This document shows, piece by piece, positions 53,781 through 64,000 of a stretch of DNA of 64,000 nucleotides (position 1 is its first letter; each line of letters begins with the position of its first letter). The position numbers and the translations under genes were made by a program. The stretch comes from Narcine bancroftii (taxonomy: Eukaryota), in assembly GCF_036971445.1 (NCBI RefSeq), contig NC_091478.1, positions 16,988,001 to 17,052,000 of the forward strand. The letters are read 5' to 3'. Below the pieces are notes generated by a model. The model was given only the letters and a program-made list of their open reading frames with translations, searched no databases and was not told where the DNA came from.

Positions 53781-56544
53781 GACTAAACCCATTCACAGGA
53801 ACCTAGGCCGTTTTAGGAGCTCGAATGGAGGTCTGTCTGTCTGCAGTTCTCGCAATGGAAGCTCTGAACAGCCACATTAAGAGTACCGGCGATCTCCATG
53901 GCGCTGGCTTCTAGAAATAAATCCAGGTCGGATATCTGAAATAGCACAAAGGTCGACACTTCATTTCCCTCTCCCCTACCCCGCCTCTCCCCCCCCCCGC
54001 CCCCCCCCCCCCGCCTCCTTTACACACACACCGCTTGTTTCAGCAGGCTCTTAAGATTTTGTTATCATTTATCTTTAGTTTGCTAGTACACCGGTCTGTC
54101 GTGGGCTAGTTCATCGTTTTAATAAGCCATCGTGATTACGCAAATGCGATACAATGACATTTAAAAAGAACATTTCTCTCTCTTCTGGTCGGCACAGGAA
54201 ACACATTTAATTAGGATTTCCTAGTTCTCGATATTAAAACCCCGAATAAGATTGAAGAAAGTACTTCGTCGACACCACTCCGGGAATGGATCTGCAGTAC
54301 CCTGATTTTTGTTTAAAGTTTCCCTTCTCTGAATCGAAATGTTCCAATTACTGCAGAATGATCTATCTGGGGTTAGTTAGGCGATTGCAATGGTTGTGCG
54401 GGCGCGGGGACAAGACTTTGTTGCAATAAGTTCTCACAGTCGACAATCTTTCATTTCAAAACACTGTACACAGCATAGTCGTTTTCCAAATTAAAGTCCC
54501 ATGAAATTATATATAATCAAACTTTTGTAATGAAGGAAAACTTTTCTGAAAAATTGCGGAAATATTTCGTTTGTCCACGATGTTATTACGTCCTGCAACA
54601 CTACTTTGCTTTAACGTCCAGATGGACCTGTCACCTGCAAGGACAGGGTAGCAAATCTGTGCCAACACCAACACCTTTACGTTCAAGTTTCATACCTCAC
54701 ATTCGAAAGTGTTGAGGGTAGCATGTCATTCCAACGAACAAAAAGGAGGTTTTTTTTTTAAAAAAAAGACTATCTTTGAAACGAGTGGCAAGAAGGAAAA
54801 GAAAAGCTGTATAAACTCAATGGAACGGCCGGTTTGTGTGGAGGGCTGAAGGCGGACCTGTGCTTATTTCTGTAACGTTCGCGGTGCTACTTGAGGTGCT
54901 CGCCAATCCAAAACCGACATTTTCACGTTTTCATATAATCGTGCTGTAGGCGTCGAATAATATGTGAAATGATGGATAAAAACCACGCACTTGGGTAGCT
55001 CATTTTGCGCCGTGGTTTTTAAATTAGCAAAAATACACTGTTCAAAATATGAAAGACTAAATTGGTAACCTGTGGGGAGACATAAAGTATTGTCCATACA
55101 AGAAAGAATGACGTTTTGAATTTTCTTTGCCTTGTTCATTAAATTGTTAAGTAAGCTACAATTTTTAAACTTAAGTGCTGTGTTCAAAAGTTTGGGAACT
55201 TTTTGGTCCCTTCATCTGCTGTGTCTGCTGTCAGCCTATTAAGTGGCCCTTGTGTACGAACCTTGCTCTCAAGTGAACTTTGCATGAAGGACTTTTTCTT
55301 TGTAACGGCACAGACCTGAACTGGTTTATAAAAAGTGAAACACAATCTGACGGTTGTGCACGGATTCTGTAAATCTGGGAAACTGAACGTTTTCAATGGT
55401 TACAAAAACGAAATTGTGTCATTTGTTTGTGTCTTTCCTCTCCAATACTGAGCAGTAATGGGGACGATCTTGTCACCTACACACACAAAAAAAAATAGCA
55501 GGCAAAGTAATTCCCTCACCTTCGGCAGGTTTCATAATAGCGAAACCAACAAATGCATTTAATTTTGAAAGAGATTAAAAAATATTTTGAAAGGGGAGAG
55601 GGTTGCTTTTATGTTCTGGCGATTTAATTTTATACTGACCTCTGCGTTGGTTCTTTGTGTTTATTCCTGCTTATTGTGGAAGGTCGACAATTTTGCATAG
55701 GAACCGAAGTACATGATAGTATTTCGGCTGTAACACTTCCAGAAATTGTTCCAATAATTTTAGAAAATAATAAACCGTATTATTGACCATGCGCATTGCC
55801 AAAAAAATATATATATAAATCTATAAGTACGAACAGATTTACAAGAATTGGTCTGCAAACAGGGTAAATAGTTGAAACGGAACCATTTTATGTTAGAATT
55901 TTCCCTTCACAATAGTCGATATAAAGTTTAATCTACCTTGTGTAATTTTATTCACATATCTGTTAGAGTTTGAGAACAGAGATTCAACGAACCACACTTT
56001 TCTTTCACTGTTCTTGAAGCTCAACCTAGAAACAGCAAAGACTGATGTGTCCATGACAGATATTTTGTGTGTTGCAGCTTGTCTATCAGTTATCTGTGAA
56101 CATCGTTGCACCACTCTTTATTAAAGGCACAACAATTTTTGGGTACTTTTTCTTTAAACAATTACCGAACAAGTACATTACCAATCAGAAACAAAGACCA
56201 ACATTACACAACTTTTATCTTCGGAAAAAGTTACCATCTGAACTTGTCTGATCCTTTTTCTCATTTTTTTCAACATCCATTGCAGAGGAAAATCTTGACA
56301 TTGTCGGCAGCGACATCCAGTGGCCACTTCCTCGAATAATACTTACAGAACAGCTAAAAGCATTACTGAATACGTATTACTGAATATACGCCGCATCTAG
56401 TTAGATATTCAAAAATAATTGAGCCAGTCAATTTAATATAACAATTAGGATTGTATATATCATTCTGTCGAAGAAAAGGTTTAATCCAAAAAAAATGCAC
56501 TCACAGGTTTAACCCAACTATCTCATTCAGCCAAATAAAAAGTA

Positions 56545-57144
56545 TTGGGCAATAGTCAACAATTAAAGCAAAAGGAGAAATTACAAAGGACAACACTTTT
56601 GGCTGAATTTTATGGATTTTGGGCTGCTGATCACGAAAATCATCTTAACATTTTCCTATCACACACGTATTTTTTAAATATACAACCTATTTTTGTGATC
56701 TCCTGTCATATTTTAAGTCTACTTCAAGCAGACAAAACGATGAAGTGCAACATCCCATTGAACATTCATTTTCTGAATTTTCTTCCCTGCTGGTCTTGTT
56801 GCAATCAGTTACCAGCTGATTGTGACCATGGAAAAGCAATATCAGGGCAATTGGAATTCATCAATGCTGACTGACTATTACTGGATACTGACATGATAGG
56901 CATCAGATGCTGAGTACAAACTAAATTGAGCTGCAAAACATTTTTAGGTCAGTTGAATGCCAATGTGTTGGCATTGTTACGTGCTTAACCATGCTAAATT
57001 CAATAAAAGTTCATTTAATGTTTCTCCAACAACCTATGTGAAACAAGAAATCAGGAATTATCTTTGTGTTCATCTTAAAGTTGTCTACATAATTCACATT
57101 TTTTTTCACGAAGTAAACCTTTTGAAGAAATTTGTTGTTCAGTG
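56545..57144 (-). mobile_element. Non-autonomous DNA transposon, Chapaev3-like
   Basis: Minus-strand start CACTGAACAACAAATTTCTTC and subterminal TTTTCGTGATCAGCAGCCCAAAATCC resemble Chapaev3 termini as I recall them; family assignment is tentative. Confidence 0.4.
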
Positions 57145-57223
57145 TTATATCAAGGGTTGAGTTTAAATCATAATAGTTATAATGTTTACCCCTGCCTCTG
57201 TTTTCAATTGTGACAATATTTTC

Positions 57224-57418
57224 CACCTCACTGACAAAAGGCAAAGGAGGAAAAACCCAACACCCAACCCCAACCAACCAATTTTCCCCTGCAACCGCTG
57301 CAACCGTGTCTGCCTGTCCCGCATCGGACTTGTCAGCCACAAACGAGCCTGCAGCTGACGTGGACATTTACCCCCTCCATAAATCTTCGTCCGCGAAGCC
57401 AAGCCAAAGAAGAAGAAG
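57224..57418 (+). mobile_element. RTE-LINE 3' fragment
   Basis: Near-identical to 26559-26751, with a (GAA)n tail. Confidence 0.85.
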
Positions 57419-57930
57419 TTGTATTAAACAATTTTTAATTTAAAGTAAGCAATATAATGTGAATAATGTATAATGTAAAAACTCAGGAAAACATTATATC
57501 ACTTTACACTTTGTTATTTCTATTGAAGTCATTTTCTTACCTATAATTTTATCCAGTTTGAAATTAGTAACCTACCTATACCTCCATAAATGGAGTCCAG
57601 CTTTGAGTTGGAGCAATTAATACAGGTATGTTTTCCCATAATATGTTCATTGAATTTGAAAGATCTAGATGTGGTACCCTTGATGTAAAGGGTTGAAAGT
57701 AAGCAATACAATAGACAAGAGACTGAATAGGCTGCCCTGGTTTCCATGTGCTGACATTTTTTAAATCCTATAAATCATTTTACTTTGGTGCTCATGGATA
57801 TAGCATTTTCCAGGACATTGTTTTGCGACTTTAAATCAAGTTTGCCCACTTGTGAAAATGAAAACAAATGGAGTAGGTTTATATAGGTTGCCTAACATAG
57901 TGTGCTGAAGGGCCCATACTGTATTGTACT

Positions 57931-57931
<1 letters not shown>

Positions 57932-57974
<43 letters not shown>

Positions 57975-58160
57975 CCCTCCCCCCTCCATCCACACCATTT
58001 TGCTTGGGCGCCTGCCCACATTTTGTCCATACCTTGATGAAGGCTCAAGACTGAAACATTGGTTTTATATCTTTATCTATATAGTACCCTGTATGACCTG
58101 CTGAGTTTCTCCAGCATTGCGTTTTATTTCCACCCTAGTGACTGTAGACTTTCATGTTTT
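57932..58160 (+). mobile_element. (CT)n tract followed by Penelope-like terminal repeat
   Basis: ccttgatgaaggctcaagactgaaacattgg...gacctgctgagtttctccagc, homologous to 37660-37760. Confidence 0.6.
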
Positions 58161-58359
58161 ATTGCTGTGCTGTTCTGTGGTCTATTTATACTGCACTGTA
58201 TAAATGTTACCAAGAATTTCAAGAAAAACACACCTAGGATACAACCTAAAATGAAGTGTATAGAATTGTAACTCTGACTCACTAAAGTGACACATTAATC
58301 ATGAATTAACTATCTAGACATTATTCTTATTTCATCAAAAATAGCCATGATTGGTCTTT

Positions 58360-60500
58360 TACCTATCAAAATCAATTTACCTATTTAGGTGCAACAATTA
58401 CTAAAAACCATCAAAACTAATTCAGAGAAAATGTTCTCATCTTCATCAAACACATTGGTCGCCACTTTTTTTTAAATCATTTGTTGGTCGAATCAACTCT
58501 ATTAAAATTAATATATTACCTAAATTTTTATACCTTTTTCAGGTTTTGCCTGTTTTTATCCAAAAGTCTTTTTTTGATTCTCTTGACTCAATCTTATCTT
58601 CTTATATATGGAAGAATATACATCCTCGTCTAAATAAAGGCATATACAAAAACTTAAAAAGAATGGATATTTAGGCTTGCCAAACTTTAGGTTTTATTAT
58701 TGGACAGTCAATAATTACTGCCCTTCCTTTTAAAATAGTTAAAAATCAATTTAATTATTTAGGTGTTACTATTACAAAAAAATAATAATTTGTTTGAAAA
58801 TAATTTTTTTACTTTATTGAATTATGTTAAGAAGTCTTTATCTCAGTGGTGTCCTCTTTCGATGTCCTTAATTGGGCAAATTAATGTTATTAAGTTGAAT
58901 ATTTTACCTAAATTTTTGTACTTTTTCAAGCTGTTCTTGCTTTTGTTCCTAAATCCTTTTTAATTCACTTGACTCAATTATTTCCTCATATATTTGGGGA
59001 AAAAAAATCCTTATCTTAATAAAGTTTTCCTTCAAAACCATAAAAAGAAAGGTGGTTTGGCTTTACCTAAGTTTAGATTTTATTATTAGACTGCTAATAT
59101 GAGATGCATCACTTCTTCAATTCATTATAAAGATGGAATGGATGCTCTGAATTGGATTAATTTAGAAATTAACTTACTAAAAAATATTCTCTTATTTCGA
59201 TACTTGGAGTGCCATTACCCTTTTCTGCTTCCAAATTGACAATTAATTTTGTTGTTAAACATACTTTGAGAATTTGGTTTCAATTTATAAAATTGTTTTG
59301 ATTTTCATGAATAGTTTAAATTGGGTATCCAATCTTTTCAAGCTTTATTTATTGATGATAATTTATCTTCATTTGAACAATTATCTTTTAAATTTATATT
59401 ACCTAAGTACCATTTTTTTAGATACTTACAAATTAGGATATTTTTGAATTCACTATTGTTGAGACATCCTCAGGATTTTGATATAAGTATAATAGGGATG
59501 ATTTATAATTTTAAAAAAATCCAATTTCCTGTAGATATGATTTACTATTAAAGTCTAGGGTTAACTCCCTAAATAAGATTTAAAAATTAAGGGAGCAAGA
59601 TTTTCAGCTCTCAATCTCAGATACTACATGGGATTCTATCTTTTTTATGATAAAATTTTATTGCATTCTTTAAAATTGATAAATACCTCCTCTTTATGTG
59701 CCTGTCATTTGCTCCTACAATTCAAGGTAGTACATCAAGCCGAATTTTGTAAAGCTCAATTGGCTTTATTTTATCCAAATATTTCTTTAAACTGTGAAGG
59801 ATGTAAGACTTAAGAAGGTACTTTATTACATATGTTTTGGACTTCCAAATTTTGGGAAGATGTCTTTCGTATCTTAACTTTAGTTCTTAATGTAAATCTG
59901 ATACCTAATCCTTTAATTGTTCTTTTTGAATCAGCTAAGGGAATTGATTTAAAATTAACTGTGACTCAATCCCATGTAGTTTCTTTTGCTTCCCTTATTG
60001 CTAGACAATAAATATTGATGAGATGGAAAGATACTGTCCCTCCAACTCATACTCAATATTTATATGATATAATATGATGGCATGTCTAAGTTTGGAAAAA
60101 ACATATGTTCCTCTAATGTAATGGACAAGTTTATGGGGTCCTTTTTTAATATAATTTATAAGATTGTTTAGATCTTGTCTTGTGATTTTGTGTTTTTTTA
60201 ATAGTAGTGAAATTCTATGTATTTACCAAATAACTTCAGAAGGGAAAGGTGTAGAAGTTGTAGTATAGTATTAATTTACTTTTTAAAATCTTTTTCAATT
60301 ACTCTCATGTTCTAACTTATTAAATGATTACTTGATTATTTCCTTTTTTGGTTTGATAGTTATGATACCTAATTTATATGCAACAATTTTTCTTGTACAA
60401 GTCTTTCTTTTGTATATTTCCATCTTTATATTATCTCTTTCTATTTAAATAAATATGACTTCTACTTTTTGTATTATTATTTTAACATGCAATAAAAATA
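58360..60500 (+). mobile_element. L1-clade LINE ORF2 3' remnants (two overlapping fragments in tandem)
   Basis: FTYLG...GRINSIKINILPKFLYLFQ...LPNFRFYYW occurs twice (about 58360-58720 and 58740-59100), followed by zf-RVT remnants and an AATAAA near 60491. Confidence 0.7.
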
Positions 60501-60502
60501 TT

Positions 60503-61380
60503 GAATCAGAAAATGGACTTTATTCACAATAAAAAATATGCAATTCAATGTCTATTCACATTCGTAGAGACATACTCATATTTTTGTTTAGTTGTAGTTG
60601 TAGTGTTAACCATTGCCACTAATATGGCCCTTTTAGGGTTGCTCGCACTTCTATTTTTTGAGAGGCTTCTCCACCAATCTCAGCCCCTCAATGTCTGGTA
60701 GCAGATGGTCTTTCTCCACAGAGCTCTTGCTTTGGCTGCATCAAACTTCAGTAGATTCTCCTGTAGCCTGGAATGTGCCAGTTGGCAGCATTCCCTCACT
60801 GACATCCCACTGTGCTGGATAACCAAAGATCCGATGATCTTTCTGAAGCGCTGGATGTTCATCTCTGCATGTGTCCCCGGTAACAGCCCTTAAATCATAC
60901 TCTACTATTATACTGCTGCTGGATGTGAACCGTTTCAAGGTCTCTTGCATCCTTCTCCACATCCTCTTAGCAAATCCCCATTCTGCAAAGAGGTGGATGG
61001 CAATCCCCTATCTATTGCAGTCATTACGAGGGCAATGTCCATTGGGAATGATATTCCAAAGGTACAGGAAGAATCTGAATGGAAGGGCTCCCCACACTGC
61101 AAGCCAGACCTTGTTCTCATGTTTGGTGGTGAGTTCTAGCAATGAGGCATTCTGCCAGATGATCAAGACAGTTTGCTCAGGAAACCTCTCCAAGGATTCC
61201 ATCAAGTCCTTGTCACTCTGTCTCTGAAGGATGTACTGTGCAGATGACAGCCAAATAGACTTGAGGGACTTGTTTCATTTTGGATCTCAAGATGAAGTAG
61301 AAGACAGCTTGGTGCCTGCCCAACTGGAGCCATGGGGATGGGCCACACCAGCACTAAATAGAGCAGTCCCACAAGACCAT
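60503..61380 (-). mobile_element. Tx1-type LINE 3' fragment, tail-to-tail with the preceding L1
   Basis: Minus-strand remnants such as VWQNASLLELTTKHENKVWLAVWGALP and ECCQLAHSRLQE...AAKARALW, plus AATAAA near 60519. Confidence 0.6.
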
Positions 61381-62180
61381 AGAATTCATTACAGCACAGG
61401 AAAAATACAATTTAGCTCTTTTCGTCTGTGCTGAACTATTATTCTGTCTTGTCTCACTGACCTTGACCCATACCTCTGTTCAAATTTTTCTCAAATGTGA
61501 AAATTGAGCCCACATTCACCACTTTAACTGGTAGCTTGTTCCACACTTCCATCACTCTCTGTGTGAAGAGGTTCCCCCTAATGTTCCCCTAAACCTTTCC
61601 TGTTTCACCTTAACCTATGTCCTCTAGTTTGTATCCCACCCAACTGCAGTGGAAAAAGCCTACTTGTATTTATTCTATCTATACCCATCATAATTTTAAA
61701 TACCTCTATCAAATCTACCTTCATTAGATTCCAAGGAATAAAGTCCTAACCTGTTTAACCTATCCCTCTAATGAAGTTCCTGAAGTCCTGGCAACATCTT
61801 AGTAAATCTCTTCACTCTTTCTATCTTATTGATATCTTTCCTGTAGCTACGACCAAAATTACACACAATATTCCAAACATGGCCTTACCAATCTTTAACA
61901 CAACTTTAACTATCTTCCCAACTCCTATACTCAGTATTTTGATTTATGAAGGCCAATATGCCAAAAGCTCTCTTTACAACCTGATCTACCTGTGACAGCT
62001 CTTTCAGAGCATTATCTGTATCAGTATGGACAGATCCCTCTGTTCTACTGTACTCCTCAGAGCTGTATCATTTACTGTGTATGTCCTACCTTGGTTTATC
62101 CTTCCAAAATGCAACAGCTCCCTACCTCACCTCACATTTGGCTCTATTAAATTCCACCTGCCATATTTCAGCCCATTTTT
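61380..62180 (-). mobile_element. CR1-type LINE 3' fragment
   Basis: Reverse complement of the CR1 3' region (ccatcactctctgtgtgaag, cctctagtttgtatccc). Confidence 0.6.
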
Positions 62181-63639
62181 CCCAAGAGCACATTGCATCT
62201 GATGCCCAGATTCTTCCCTGTCATTGAGAGGAAGCACTGCTCCTACAGTTCAAATTTCTGGTAGATTTTCGCTATCCCTCCAACCAATTTTTCTTGCATG
62301 CCTCACTCAGCCCCTTTGAACCATATCTCCAGAAGCTTCTGGACCTGATGGTGAAGGGGATGGTGGACTAGTCAGTTAGTGAAGGGTCCTCCATACTTTT
62401 CAATCACTCTTTATAACTGGCTTGTGGGATCCAGGTATTGTGAATGGAATTTGTGAGAATCCTGATGTTGAGCTGGCTCCCAAAGAGCCTTGGGTGTTCT
62501 CAGGTTCCTAATTGCTGCAGGGGATTAAAACCAGGGGCCGAGGCAGATGATGTGGATGCCTCGTGTTTGGGTACATTGCTGGACCGGACAGGAGGGTGTG
62601 GGGCTATGGATATTATGGGAGCACAAGAGGTGGTAGAATCTACGGATGCTTGATGTCTCTGAAGGGACTCTCTTTTATTTCTCTTTCTCGTCTTGAGGGT
62701 GGCACTGGACTAGTGCTAAGTCCTTGTGTGCCTTCACAGGACAAACACAGTAAAGCACATTTTGTGTACATGGCAATAAAGGAATCTTGAATGGTTGATT
62801 CTTGACATATTGTGCTCTTGAAGACTGCAGCACCATCTACTGGATTTTATTTGCAATGCAGAAGACAAAAATAAAACCGTCCATTCCAATGCTTCCAATT
62901 CATTACAATTCTTTAAATAACATAGTTATAGAAATCTGGTCTGCAATTTTAGAAATTTGCTAACAATAAGCATTCATTACCATAGTTGTTCAATATTATC
63001 ATATCAACCACATTCTATATATACAACATAATTAAGGTTTGCAAACTAAAGAAAGCATTCAGCATTCAATAGGTCAATAAAGGTTTTTTAGATGGTGACT
63101 GGTCCAAGTTTAACAGTTCTTATAGAAACACATGTTTTACTTGCTATTTTGTCACAAAACATTTACATTATTTAACTTGGGCAAAGTAAATATAGACTAG
63201 TTAAACATAAAGAGTGGCTTTTCAATGTCCTCTGATATGAATGTGGATTTGGCAGTCAGTTGTCAGTTATAGAAATGGTCAGATTTTAATTTCTATTGGT
63301 TTAAACAAAATCAATAATTGAATGGTTTCCAAAGTAGATGGGTTCCCAAGACCAGTTTATCAGTAAGCTGTATATCTACTGTAATCTCTATCCAAGGTGT
63401 ATCATCATGGTCCAATAGAACTATCACAAAATGCACATTCTCACAGAAATGTAACATCTTAGTAGTAATCAGCATTTTCGATTAATTTTCTTGCCATAGA
63501 AAACCTTGGTCCCCCTTTCCCAAAGCACTCTGACATTGGACTCCAGCTGGGCACAAATCTGAGCAATTCCTCTGGGCTTTGTGATCATTCTCCCAGTGCT
63601 TGATTGGACTGGCTGCAAGAATGGTACATAGAGAGGAGT

Positions 63640-63860
63640 TAAACAAGAAAGTTTGATGTTGCTGGGGTCGAGTGCAATGGAGAAACTCAGCACGTCAAGC
63701 AACATCCATAGGAAGTAAAGGGGTAACCAAATTATTCATCCTATACTGGCCTATCATCCAGTATAGGATCAATAATTGTTGCTTATCCTAGACGAAAGGC
63801 TCAGGCCTGAAATATTGGTTATCTTTGGATGCTGAGTTTCTTCAACATGTTTGTGTTTTG
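63640..63860. mobile_element. Penelope-like terminal repeats in inverted arrangement
   Basis: gagaaactcagcacgtcaagc on one side and tagacgaaaggctcaggcctgaaatattgg...gctgagtttc on the other. Confidence 0.5.
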
Positions 63861-64000
63861 TGGTAAACGAAGAGGACTGGCTGTGGGGAATCAGGATGTA
63901 AAGTATGTTTATTTTTTATTTAACTTGAGTATAGTTAAAGTTCTTCAACTGTTTTAGGTTGTTGACTTTTCAAATTTTCAACAAATTTGAAGATTTTAAA

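Noticed and set aside
53965-54020. C-rich tract (G-quadruplex potential) upstream of VAX1, and other poly-G/C runs
   Set aside because: Similar homopolymers occur throughout the window (about 4815, 34027, 44718, 49885) and their lengths are error-prone; nothing supports a specific function.

Overview
AT-rich vertebrate genomic DNA, most likely a cartilaginous fish (inferred from the repeat families and the fish-type VAX1 N-terminus). Two minus-strand protein-coding genes can be reconstructed from splice sites. (1) A complete three-exon VAX1 homeobox gene (CDS 52763-52526, 50164-49977, 48804-48319; 303 aa) lies in a CpG-retaining, nearly transposon-free domain. (2) About 24 kb downstream, in the same orientation, are the first three exons of an intact V-ATPase V1 subunit B gene (24093-23991, 2737-2682, 1534-1436), with a 21-kb intron 1; the gene continues off the left edge. 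Exons 2 and 3 are invisible in the ORF track. In human the VAX-ATP6V1B tandem exists only at VAX2-ATP6V1B1, so this may be a retained third ATP6V1B ohnolog. Its CpG-island promoter carries a 68-bp tandem duplication of an E-box(CLEAR)+CRE module and an RFX X-box. The rest is mobile DNA: a decayed Gypsy provirus, solo LTRs, RTE, CR1, Rex/Babar, L1/Tx1 and Penelope fragments, Tc1, Harbinger and Chapaev-like DNA elements, a tRNA-Thr SINE inside a splice donor, a U6 retrocopy split by an L1, and a perfect 10-bp minisatellite. Repeat boundaries are approximate unless target-site duplications (TSDs) are given.
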